This document shows, piece after piece, positions 27,618 to 37,900 of a stretch of 64,000 nucleotides of DNA. Location of the stretch: positions 32,001 to 96,000 of the IMG/VR virus record IMGVR_UViG_3300045412_000261. One strand, written 5' to 3'. Each line of letters opens with the position of its first letter. Within the stretch, counting starts at the first letter, position 1. The position numbers and the translations under genes were made by a program. The notes under the pieces are model-generated. The model made no database searches, was not told the origin of the DNA, and worked only from the letters and a program-made list of their open reading frames with translations. Source of the stretch: a virus.

Positions 27618-28931
27618 TTATCCGAAATATGAGTATAATAATTCCCTATCGGCGTAACCTAATACTTGTTTACCGCTTTCGTGATTCTTCTTTATTTCTA
27701 ACAATTTACTTACATAAGTTCTAGCTTGTTTTGATGGAGCTCTAGATATAAGTAAGGTTAATCTTTGTACCGTTGATGTATATATTTCAGCTTTTCTACC
27801 TTTACCATAAATTCTTTTTGTATCAAAGGAAGCAATAGCTACAATAGATGCCATCCACTTATCTCCTGTACTGTTATAGGAAGGTCTCTTATAGTTAAAA
27901 ACATCACCAGTAAATTCTATACTTTTTATATTTGCTACATATAAGAATCTCCATCCTGGTCTATCTTGGGGATTGTTTGTATCTCCTTTTTTCAACCAAG
28001 CTCTTAATGCTAATCCTTTAGTAGCAGTTCTTTTGGATTGCCCTAGCGCTACGGGCTCTATCAATCGAATCCCTGTAGCTAATTCTTCTGTATTTTTATC
28101 GCTAACATATTTTACTTTCAGCAATAAATTGTTTACTATTGCTATTTTTAAATCTTTTACTGTGTTTCCTGTTGGCTTAAATAATATTTTTGTATTTTCC
28201 TTAGCTTGTTTTTGTAATTTTATAATATCATTTATAACAGCTTCTTCACTTGCTTCTTCTTCTTTTTTTAGAACATCTGCTACTCCTTTATATTCTTCTA
28301 CGCCAACAGGAGCGCTACTTAAAGCTTCTCCTATATTATATTCTATAAATCTACTTTTATCTCCTTTATCTACTTGAGTCATATACCCAGCTCCGGATTC
28401 AGAACTCTTTACATATTGTTCTCTTGTACTTGAAACTAATTTAGTAAACTCGTCTTCTTTATATACTTTATCTATATCATAAGAGTATAAAAGTAAGTAT
28501 TTTTTTGCTACTAAACCGTTTTTTTCTGCTACTTTGTCTATTCTAGCTAAAAAAGTATCTCTATTTACACCTGCGGGGGTTATCTTTTTTCTAAATAATT
28601 TTCTAGTATCTACGTCAGATATTATTATAATTTTACTGCTTTTTATAATAGATTCTGCATTTTTATAAAAATTTTCTAAATTATTTACTACTTTTACACT
28701 TTTTTTTGAATCTATTTTTCTATTATTTTTTAGAGCGGTTCTAAATTCTTGGGTTATTATATTGGTTTCTTTTTCTAATAGTTTGCTTAATCTATCTTTC
28801 ATTTGCGTTTCTACAAATTTAGGATTCCTTTGCCTGATTATTTCGCCCTTTTCATTTTTTACTTCTTTAAAACTCTGGCTTAATTTTTTGTTAAATTCAA
28901 AATCGGAAGACAAAAATATTACGGATGGCAT
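27618..28931 (-). CDS. WYL-domain-containing protein
   Basis: C-terminal half: AIVNNLLLKVKY...GIRLIEPVALG...LRAW...PGWRFLYVANIKSIEFTGDVF..RPSYN. Confidence 0.65.
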   Translation of the reverse strand: MPSVIFLSSDFEFNKKLSQSFKEVKNEKGEIIRQRNPKFVETQMKDRLSKLLEKETNIITQEFRTALKNNRKIDSKKSVKVVNNLENFYKNAESIIKSSKIIIISDVDTRKLFRKKITPAGVNRDTFLARIDKVAEKNGLVAKKYLLLYSYDIDKVYKEDEFTKLVSSTREQYVKSSESGAGYMTQVDKGDKSRFIEYNIGEALSSAPVGVEEYKGVADVLKKEEEASEEAVINDIIKLQKQAKENTKILFKPTGNTVKDLKIAIVNNLLLKVKYVSDKNTEELATGIRLIEPVALGQSKRTATKGLALRAWLKKGDTNNPQDRPGWRFLYVANIKSIEFTGDVFNYKRPSYNSTGDKWMASIVAIASFDTKRIYGKGRKAEIYTSTVQRLTLLISRAPSKQARTYVSKLLEIKKNHESGKQVLGYADRELLYSYFG

Positions 28932-29545
28932 TATAATATTTTTGACATGTTTAAAATTTCATCAGCCAATATGTCAACATTTACAAAATAACTTTTAGAT
29001 TCTTTCATTACTACGGGTGACATAAAGGCTCCTTGAGTAGATGGATTAGATACAAAATCAAAAGCTACCATTTCGTAATCTTCTCCAACTTCATAGTAAG
29101 GAGATCCGTTTCTAAGCCCCGCCTCTCTTAAAGATCCAACTCCCCTAGAACTTATGCCTACGGTGTGTCCTTTATCAAAGTATTGTTTTAATAAGTTACC
29201 TTTAGGAGTCCAGTCCATAATTTCAGCAATACCGTATATGTCATCTTTATCCCACCAAATTTCTTTAATTACATGTGACGCTTCGGATAACCAGGTATCA
29301 GCTCTTTCCGGGTGGTCTAATTCTCCATAAGCTATTCCATCTTTTATTTTATCATTGTACTTACTAACTTGTTCATCCATCAATTTTTTAGGATACATTC
29401 GCTTATTGTGATTCACGGAGTTAGCTCGTTGTAATATTCCTTTAACTAGTAAACCTCCATTATTTCCTTTAGATTCTTTTATTACGCAACTAACAGGATT
29501 AAATATAGATACGGAGTCTATTAAGAGTACTCTATTTTGTGCCAT
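28931..29545 (-). CDS. Prohead maturation protease (gp21-like)
   Basis: GILQRA..NHNKRMYP, GELDHP, SHVI, TPKG, GISSRGVGSL, FDFVSNPSTQGAF. Confidence 0.95.
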   Translation of the reverse strand: MAQNRVLLIDSVSIFNPVSCVIKESKGNNGGLLVKGILQRANSVNHNKRMYPKKLMDEQVSKYNDKIKDGIAYGELDHPERADTWLSEASHVIKEIWWDKDDIYGIAEIMDWTPKGNLLKQYFDKGHTVGISSRGVGSLREAGLRNGSPYYEVGEDYEMVAFDFVSNPSTQGAFMSPVVMKESKSYFVNVDILADEILNMSKIL

Positions 29546-29906
29546 TATTTAGATTTTTTAAGAATTCGTCTATAAAATTAATTACGGATTCTTGTTTTAA
29601 GAATGGAGTGGTTTTCTGTTTTTCTTTGTCCCGCTCTATTTTATTAAAAGTTGTTTTCTTTATAAATTTGTATGGTTTTTCTTTTGTTTCCGGCTTTCTT
29701 CTTTTGAATACTAATGGAGTTCTAGGAGGACCCTCACCACCATCTAAATTACTTGTTACATTCATTTCATTTTTAACATCATCTTCATCATCTATAGGTA
29801 AGTATTTTGAAGAAGATTCGGCGGTGCCACCCACTTTAAAATTTTTGTCCAAAGACTCAAATAGGTATTTCATGAATGCTTCTTTATTATTTTTTATATT
29901 TTTCAT
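29532..29906 (-). CDS. Hypothetical head-region protein
   Basis: 124-aa ORF between the portal block and the protease gene. Confidence 0.5.
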   Translation of the reverse strand: MKNIKNNKEAFMKYLFESLDKNFKVGGTAESSSKYLPIDDEDDVKNEMNVTSNLDGGEGPPRTPLVFKRRKPETKEKPYKFIKKTTFNKIERDKEKQKTTPFLKQESVINFIDEFLKNLNNGTK

Positions 29907-30736
29907 TTACTTATAACATTTACAAAATCATAATATTTCATAATAACATGTATATGGTCTTCTGTAATAAATTTAACATTATTTATTTGATTTAACACAT
30001 CTACCATTTCATTTAGTTTATTTGCAGATGTCTGATTCTCTATATTAGGAATAATGTTATTAATAGATTCTTTTAATTTATTTATCTCAGATGTTATAAA
30101 TGATTTAAATTCATCTGATGATGTTTCCATGTTTATATAATTTCCTAACAATGTTTTCTGTTCATTTAACAATCCATTGTATTTGTCATTATATTTTTCA
30201 ACCATTATTTCAAATGCAGATAATCTAATGTCTTCTGATTCTGTTAGGTATTCAGATGATATGTTATTAGATGATTCTACATTGCATATACATTCTATTA
30301 GATTTTGTTTATTTGAAACCATTACTGGAGGATTGTCAGATTGGTTGTATTCAAATAATGTATAGATGCTAGCGTAATTCTGATAATTTTCTACTTTTAT
30401 GTTGAAGAAAGTATCCCCGCCGAAATATGATGTGATATCTTTATATAATTTGTATTTCTCTTTATTTAATTTTTCTAAGTCTAAAGAGTTTCTAGCTTCT
30501 TTTATAGATTCAATAAATTCATTTGCCAAGATTGGGCTTTTTACTTTATCTTTTGTCAACATCTGATATAAAGATAATTCCTTCCTGATTTCTGAATTGT
30601 TCGAAAAATGTTTTTTTATAATTGAGGATATTTCATTTATACCTTCTCCCTGTAATACATTGCTAGTCATTTTTTTCACTAGCATTTCAAAAATCAATCC
30701 CGTGTTCCGGTGTTTTTTGTGCTTTATTTTTTTCAT
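29903..30736 (-). CDS. Hypothetical head-region protein
   Basis: 277 aa (KIKHKKHRNTGLIFEMLV...FNIKVENYQNYASIYTLFE), between portal and protease. Confidence 0.6.
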   Translation of the reverse strand: MKKIKHKKHRNTGLIFEMLVKKMTSNVLQGEGINEISSIIKKHFSNNSEIRKELSLYQMLTKDKVKSPILANEFIESIKEARNSLDLEKLNKEKYKLYKDITSYFGGDTFFNIKVENYQNYASIYTLFEYNQSDNPPVMVSNKQNLIECICNVESSNNISSEYLTESEDIRLSAFEIMVEKYNDKYNGLLNEQKTLLGNYINMETSSDEFKSFITSEINKLKESINNIIPNIENQTSANKLNEMVDVLNQINNVKFITEDHIHVIMKYYDFVNVISK

Positions 30737-30803
30737 TTTTTATAGTTATGAATTTCTTATTGAAAGAAATTATTTTAAATAAATATTATAATGTTTACCT
30801 AAA

Positions 30804-32729
30804 TCACTCTAAATCTAATAAGTTATTTTCATTTAACAAATCTGAATCTATTACTTTTTCCTTTTCTTTAAATGATTTTTCTATAATCAGATTTTTATTT
30901 CCTATTTTACTATCAAATTGTCTTTTCAATGAATTGACTAATTTTGATTCTAAATTGACTGGATTTTCTCTTTTTCTAGCTATTAAAGGATTTTTTTCAC
31001 CTTCTAAATTAGATTTCATGTCCCTATCTCCCATAACGTCTCTACCATTAATCTTATCATCTTTTGTACCAAATGTACCTATTCTTTTAGGTCTTCCTCT
31101 ATTATCCTCTTTATCTACAAATTCTAATTCATCTCCATCATCAAATGTCATAGGGTTTATTTCATTTCCCTTAGATGCTAACTTTAACGTCATCATATCG
31201 TGAGGAGTGCCAAAACTTTGTCCAGATAGTTTAGGATCATTACCCTCTGTTTCTATTTGAGCATGTCTAAAGGATGTCATTAAATCTTCTATAATTAAAT
31301 CTTCCTCCGTCTGTCTTTCTGATTCCGATAATTTAAATAAATTCTCATGAATATATTTTCTAGAGAATAATTTAGAATCCTGCATAGTTAAGGCTAGATT
31401 CATTTTCTCTGTTAATATTTCTATTTTCTGTCTTTCATAAACTAAAGAAGGATTATTTAAAGATAATGAAAAATCTATCAATTCTTCATTTTTATATCCC
31501 TGAGTATATAAATGAATGATTGCAATTTTATTTAATTCTGATACAATTATTTTTTGAATTCTTTCTATAGTTCTAGCGAATCGAACATCTTCCGCTGCAA
31601 TCATAGATTTTCCTTCGGTATCTTTATCGTATCCTAAGAATGGTTTTGGTATTTTTAGGGCAGCCATCATTCTATTCCTAACATACTCAATATCATCCAT
31701 AAATCCTTGATTCCCTAATCCGGGTAAAGTGGATATTTCACTACTCGCATCTTTTCCTCTAACTGGTAAATAATAATCCTCCAACATGTTTTGAAGATTA
31801 AATTTTAAATTATAATCTCCTGTTCTCTCATCAACGTAAGGTGTTTTCTTCATTGATGATATAATAGTTGCCATGTAATTATCTACGTCAGTAGGAGGAA
31901 TACTACCAACATTAATTTTAAATACTCTTCTTTCCGGGGCTCTCATTATCCTATGGATTAACATAGCATCCTCCATTAAAGTAAGCATTTTAAAAATCTT
32001 TCTTGCTGGTTCTATCTGACTTCTACCATAAGGTAAAAAATTACTATCCGATAATAGTCTAAAATGAGCTACTTCATGATAATCTAATTCTTTATTTTTT
32101 CTTTCTTCATTTCTATAAATTATAGGGCTCATCTGTGTAGTATGCAATCCTTCGTATATAAATTTAACTTCATAAGGATTATGAGGGTTTGTGCCTTCTG
32201 TTCTCCTAACCTCGTAGGCGGAAAGAGGTATAACATTTTTAATTCCTAATCCTTCTTCTATATCCAAATACAAATAAAAATCTCCATACTTACACAAAGA
32301 TCTAGTCCAGCTCCAAAGATTATACTCTATGTTTAGTATGTCATAAAATAGATTATAAAGAATTTTTTTAATATTTTCGTTTGGAGTATTTATGTTTAGT
32401 AAATCTCCTTCCACGGACATTACGGTGCTTTCGTCTGCATAAATATCTAAGGCCGACGCAATAATAGGATCTGTGTCCATCGCTTCGTAATCTGTAAATA
32501 TTTGAAGCTTAGAGGAATGGAAGTTTATAGTATTGTTATTCGGAGAGTATCCGTACTGTCTAGTAGTATGTAGACCTGAAAATCTATCTACATAAGCTGT
32601 TTTTTCCTTTGCTCCAGCTCCTTGTAATCTAGAGGTGTCTATGACTTTTATACGATCTTTTCCTATCCTTCTAACTATGACTTGTGTAGAGAATAGTCTC
32701 TTTAGTTTTGCTTGTATTGAATTGTCCAT
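30804..32729 (-). CDS. Portal protein (gp20-like)
   Basis: DYEAMDTDPIIASALDIYADE, LMEDAMLIHRIMRAPERRVFKINVG, EDYYLPVRG, ISTLPG, ALKIPK, EDVRFARTIERIQ. Confidence 0.96.
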   Translation of the reverse strand: MDNSIQAKLKRLFSTQVIVRRIGKDRIKVIDTSRLQGAGAKEKTAYVDRFSGLHTTRQYGYSPNNNTINFHSSKLQIFTDYEAMDTDPIIASALDIYADESTVMSVEGDLLNINTPNENIKKILYNLFYDILNIEYNLWSWTRSLCKYGDFYLYLDIEEGLGIKNVIPLSAYEVRRTEGTNPHNPYEVKFIYEGLHTTQMSPIIYRNEERKNKELDYHEVAHFRLLSDSNFLPYGRSQIEPARKIFKMLTLMEDAMLIHRIMRAPERRVFKINVGSIPPTDVDNYMATIISSMKKTPYVDERTGDYNLKFNLQNMLEDYYLPVRGKDASSEISTLPGLGNQGFMDDIEYVRNRMMAALKIPKPFLGYDKDTEGKSMIAAEDVRFARTIERIQKIIVSELNKIAIIHLYTQGYKNEELIDFSLSLNNPSLVYERQKIEILTEKMNLALTMQDSKLFSRKYIHENLFKLSESERQTEEDLIIEDLMTSFRHAQIETEGNDPKLSGQSFGTPHDMMTLKLASKGNEINPMTFDDGDELEFVDKEDNRGRPKRIGTFGTKDDKINGRDVMGDRDMKSNLEGEKNPLIARKRENPVNLESKLVNSLKRQFDSKIGNKNLIIEKSFKEKEKVIDSDLLNENNLLDLE

Positions 32730-32733
32730 TTTT

Positions 32734-34314
32734 TTATTTTATAAGCCAAGTTAAACTTTCTGATTCATTACTTCTAGTTTTCATAGACCATGAATCGTGT
32801 ACTTTGTTAGAATTACTTGGAGTGTATATAGTTTTTGTTGTGTTATTTAGTAAAGTCCGAGAAAAACTTAAACCTAAAGTTTTCATTTTCAAAGAAGTAT
32901 CTCGAACCCAAAGACCGATAGCAAAAGACATAACTAAATCATCATTGTATCCATCTCTAGCTTCTGCTTTGTGGTCTTTCCAAACAAATGTAAATAATTC
33001 CTGTATTAATCTCTTACTATATACTATCGGCGATTTTTCTCTAAAATATGTCTCTAATTTAGAAATCATTACAGGCCTTGTTTTAGTAGATGTCGTAAAT
33101 CCGGGAACCATGTTATCTTTAAGTAAATAGTCTTGATTTATATTAACATGCACATCTGGGTCTACAAAAGGATCATTGCGAAAAGTATAGTATAAATTTT
33201 GGTATCCTAAGTCCAAAATAGTTTGTAACACTGCCCATCCAACATAAGCATTTTCAATAGCAAGTAAAGCACCGTTATATTCAGAGGCTATACTCATCAA
33301 CAAATGCCCAAATTCGGTGGTGCCAATCATACTCTTAAATTCTGCAACTTGTTCTAAAGTCTCTATATTTAAAACATGAAATGCAGAAAAATCAGAAGAA
33401 TCTCCCCTAGATACATCCGCACATACAACATAAGTACAATCACTCTCAGGGTACTTCCATATCCACAAATCTCCTGCTTCTCCTCTTTTTTCAATAGGAT
33501 CTTTTACACAATTATTTTCATACCAGACTAATATACTACCGTCAACTACGGTATGTCCGGATGTTAAAAAGTCTCCATCACATTCTTGAGCTGCCGCTTT
33601 TTCTCCTAATAAAATGTCTTGTTCTTTTCTCCATTTCCAATCTCTCTCCGGATGAACAGTCCACGGTAAAAATATAGAAGTAAAATCTCCCCCATTTAAT
33701 GATTCTTGCCAAATTCTATGAAATAAATTACCAACTCCATTTGGTGTAGACAGCAAAATACAACTACCTCCTGTAGCTAATGTAGATTGTGCAGCTGTCC
33801 ATATTTCTTCTGAATTAGTAATGTGTGCTGCTTCATCTATAACTAATAAAGACAATGCCTCCGATCTCGCTGAATCTGGGCTAGATGATACTGCTTTTAC
33901 ACTAGACCCATTATTTTTAAATCTGAGCATCATTTTATTATCTTCTAAGGTTTCTTGTTTTAACCATGATGGTAAAAAATCATGCATCAATCTAATTTTA
34001 AGAACTAAATTTTTTGCTATATCTTGTTTAGTTGCAATAATAAGAACTTTATATCCATTATTAAATATCATATTATGCAAAATGAATGCAGCTGATAATG
34101 TAGAAATTCCTAACTGCCTACCCTTATTTATAATAATGTACCTTTCTTTGTACATCTTTTCTAATGTAGTCTCTTGAAATGGATAAAGACCAAATAAAAT
34201 TCTACCTTTCTTTGGATGTTCTATCTTACAATATTTTTTAGTAAAATATATTGGATCTTTTGCACATTTTTTATATTCTTGAGCTATCGCTAATTTTACT
34301 TTATTCGTTGACAT
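32734..34314 (-). CDS. Terminase large subunit (gp17-like)
   Basis: LYPFQ, KGRQLGIST, LVIDEAAHI, LSTPNGVGN, CADVSRG..DFSAF, DDLVMS. Confidence 0.96.
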   Translation of the reverse strand: MSTNKVKLAIAQEYKKCAKDPIYFTKKYCKIEHPKKGRILFGLYPFQETTLEKMYKERYIIINKGRQLGISTLSAAFILHNMIFNNGYKVLIIATKQDIAKNLVLKIRLMHDFLPSWLKQETLEDNKMMLRFKNNGSSVKAVSSSPDSARSEALSLLVIDEAAHITNSEEIWTAAQSTLATGGSCILLSTPNGVGNLFHRIWQESLNGGDFTSIFLPWTVHPERDWKWRKEQDILLGEKAAAQECDGDFLTSGHTVVDGSILVWYENNCVKDPIEKRGEAGDLWIWKYPESDCTYVVCADVSRGDSSDFSAFHVLNIETLEQVAEFKSMIGTTEFGHLLMSIASEYNGALLAIENAYVGWAVLQTILDLGYQNLYYTFRNDPFVDPDVHVNINQDYLLKDNMVPGFTTSTKTRPVMISKLETYFREKSPIVYSKRLIQELFTFVWKDHKAEARDGYNDDLVMSFAIGLWVRDTSLKMKTLGLSFSRTLLNNTTKTIYTPSNSNKVHDSWSMKTRSNESESLTWLIK

Positions 34315-34933
34315 CTATATTTAAATCTTTTTCATTTATATTATATGTTTCCATAATTTCATTTTTTAAATCATTAAAATCTGATTTAATCTTTTCTAAA
34401 AATGATTCTTTATTTTCGATTGACCATTTTTCAATAGATCCATCCGCATTAGAATATCCCATGTTATCAAATGATCTTAATAAAACTTCTACTTCTTTGG
34501 CTGCTTCTTTTAAAAATGAAATGGCATTCTCTTTCTTTTTATCATGAACGTAAGAATCAAATTTTCCATTTAATTTCAATTCTGCTTCGTATTTTATTGT
34601 ACATTCCAAACATCTTCCTGTTTTTTTTCCTAATTTTATATCTGCTTGACCAAATACTTTACCTTCACATGTATCTAAGCAATTTGGAAATTTCTGTATT
34701 TCATCTAATTTTTTTAAGATTTCTCTAACTCCTTTTGCTCTTTTTACTTTATATCCATCTCTTTGTTCCCATTCTGTAACATCCCCCATTGGTGATACTT
34801 CTTCCCAAATATCTCCAACTTTTCTTATTTGTGAATCTTCTACTTTTCTATATCCAATCGTCGTTCTTTTTTGAGATTTATGTTCCCCAACTAGAAGTTT
34901 TTTTACAGCTTCTATATTTTTTAATTTACTCAT
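34301..34933 (-). CDS. Hypothetical protein upstream of TerL
   Basis: 210 aa with [19 protein letters not shown] and Cys pairs (CLDTC, CLEC). Confidence 0.55.
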   Translation of the reverse strand: MSKLKNIEAVKKLLVGEHKSQKRTTIGYRKVEDSQIRKVGDIWEEVSPMGDVTEWEQRDGYKVKRAKGVREILKKLDEIQKFPNCLDTCEGKVFGQADIKLGKKTGRCLECTIKYEAELKLNGKFDSYVHDKKKENAISFLKEAAKEVEVLLRSFDNMGYSNADGSIEKWSIENKESFLEKIKSDFNDLKNEIMETYNINEKDLNIDVNE

Positions 34934-37900
34934 GATTTTCTCCTTTTTCTAGTTTTGTAACTCTTTTATTTAAATCTTTTACCAAATCATATAGCTCTTG
35001 AATAGCTTTTAAATTATACACCGATAGTTTATCATAGTTAACAGCTAGTACTCCTTTTTGTCCCTCTATCTTAAACTCTTTTAATAATCCTGTTTTAAGG
35101 CCATCGGTTATATCTTGAGCTATAATACCTACTTCTTTATCGTTTACATTAGAAGGAACTCTATGAGATGTTGAATTTTTGTTAACTTCTAATATGACTC
35201 CTTTTAATTCATCCGTGTTCCAATTATAATTAACAGGTTTTATGCTATATAGTTGTTCTAGCACAGGATCTATTTCTTCTATATCCTTTTTTAGCCTTCT
35301 ATCCGAGAATGCTGCAAATGGTCCGCCTATGCCTCTCTCTCCTTTTTGTCCCTTTTGTCCTGTAGGACCGGTAGGACCGGTAGGACCCGTTGGACCGGCA
35401 GGACCCGGAGGGCCGGCAGGACCCGTAGGTCCCGGGGAGCCCGGTAGACCCGTGGGGCCGGTGTTTCCTGTTGGTCCGGTAAGTCCGGTAGGACCTGTTG
35501 GTCCGGTAGGGCCTAAATCTCCTTTAGATCCCTTAGCCCCAACTCCGGCTAATCCTGGGAATCCTATTTCACCCTTTTGTCCCTTAGGTCCGGGGCTTCC
35601 CGTATTTCCTTTAGGGCCTGGAATATTGCTAGGATTTCCGGCTGATCCCTTTGGTCCCGGCCCTCCAGGAGGACCTATTTCACCCTTTTGTCCCTTAGGT
35701 CCGGGGCTTCCCGTATTTCCTTTAGGGCCTGGAATATTGCTAGGATTTCCGGCTGATCCCTTTGGTCCCGGCCCTCCAGAAGGACCTATTTCACCCTTTT
35801 GTCCTTTAGACCCTGTATTTCCTGTGTTTCCTTTAGGGCCTGTTAGGCCAATATCTCCCTTACTTCCTTTATATCCTTTATACCCAATTTCACCTTTGCT
35901 TCCCTTGCTACCTGTAGGACCGGGAATAAAACTAGGATTTCCTTGAGGTCCTATGTCGCCTTTGTCACCCTTACTTCCGGAAAATCCGATTGAACCTATG
36001 TCTCCTTTATTGCCCTTGTCTCCTTTATATCCTTTATATCCAATTTCTCCTTTACTTCCTTTGAAATCACCTTTACTTCCTTTATCACCCTTACTTCCTT
36101 TATCACCTTTACTTCCGGATGGTCCTGGAGGACCTATTTTAGAACTTGGTATAGGAGATGGACTAGGTGACGGTGCAAAAACCCCTATACTCTCCGGAGA
36201 TGACATATTATGTACTAATATGTCTTCAACAAAAAAGTTTTGATTTTTCTCTACACTTAAATTGTATACAGTGCTTGATGTTGCGTATGAAAAAATAGTG
36301 GATATCTTTTCATAAGACAATGTTTTATAATTAAATAGTTCATCATTTATCGATAAATCCTTAGCTTTTTTCCAATATTTGTCATACCATCCTTTAACAT
36401 AAAAGGGATGCTCTTCGGTGCATTGTATGTCATTATTTATTACGTATAAATAATTTGCTTTTCCTACATGTTTGTATATTATTGTATCTTCTTGTAAGAT
36501 TTTGTTATCTATATCATAAGACATGATTGATTGTCCTATTGTAACTTCCTCTATTGTTATATAGCTATTATTTGCTGTTAATATCTTAGTAGATGGTATA
36601 AAGCAAGTAGGGCCTATAGATCCTGAAAATCCTTTGTCTCCTTTATCACCTTTACTTCCAGAAGGGCCAATAGAACCCGAAGGGCCGATAGGACCTGGAA
36701 TAAAACTAGGATTTCCTTGCGGTCCTAATTCTCCCTTTTGTCCCTTAGATCCAATATTTCCCTTAGATCCAATATTTCCCTTAGGTCCAATATTTCCCTT
36801 AGGTCCAGTATTACCTGTATTTCCCTTAGGACCGGGGATAAAACTAGGATTTCCTTGCGGTCCTGTATTGCCTTTATCACCTTTACTTCCAGAAGGGCCA
36901 ATAGAACCCGAAGGGCCGATAGGACCTGGAATAAAACTAGGATTTCCTTGCGGTCCTAATTCTCCCTTTTGTCCCTTAGATCCAATATTTCCCTTAGATC
37001 CAATATTTCCCTTAGGTCCAATATTTCCCTTAGGTCCAGTATTACCTGTATTTCCCTTAGGACCGGGGATAAAACTAGGATTTCCTTGCGGTCCTGTATT
37101 GCCTTTATCACCTTTACTTCCAGAAGGACCGGTAAATCCTAAGTTTCCTTTTTGTCCCTTAAGTCCTATAGATCCTTTATCTCCCTTACTTCCCGACGCT
37201 CCTATGGGACCTTTTTCCCCTCCACCGGCGATAGATACAAAACCTTTAAAACATTCTCCAAAAGTTATTTGAATTGTATTTTCATCTATTGCCGTGTAAT
37301 TTTCAGGTATAACTGAATTCCCGTCATATGAATATATAGTAAAAACAGGATATTCGATTCCTGTTCCGTGATTAACTGTAATAACATTACAACTATTCAG
37401 AGAACCTGTAAATACAGTGTTTCCAATTTCTCCTTTAGATCCGCTATTACCCTTTAACCCTGGATTTCCTTTAGGGCCTATATCTCCCTTATCTCCTTTT
37501 GTTGAAGAACTTGCTATTAATGCTTGAAATGCAGGACTACTGTTAAATGTATTTATTAAAAGTTGTTCATCAATAGTAACGTCAATATTAACTTTTACTC
37601 CATAAACTGTCGTGGAAAAATTAGCAGAGACTCCAATAACATTTAAATACTCTATTTCAAAAATATACTCAGTGTCTATTTTAGCTATTGGTAAATTATC
37701 TAAGGGAATATCTAAACAAAATTCATTAGGAGTTCCTCCATCAGATGCACTTGGGAAGATATCAATATCAGAGACATTCCATTGTCCTGCATTAATAATA
37801 AAGTTAGGTTTTATATTATCTTCTGAAGTAGCTTTAAATGTAAAAGTCTTTTTAATTTCAGACTTGTTATTACCTCCTATTATAGATCCTAAAAAAGTTC

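Noticed and set aside
34301-34933. Terminase small subunit call based on position
   Set aside because: No recognisable gp16 motif; left as hypothetical.
36207-36605. Mobile intein with a homing endonuclease
   Set aside because: Only 133 aa, no LAGLIDADG or HNH motif, and the +1 residue is Met; treated as a Hint/BIL-type domain instead.
35242-37272. Plus-strand Pro/Gly-rich ORFs (35242..35946, 35953..36243, 36634..37272)
   Set aside because: Antisense shadows of the collagen codons; the periodic GGN/CCN pattern suppresses stop codons.
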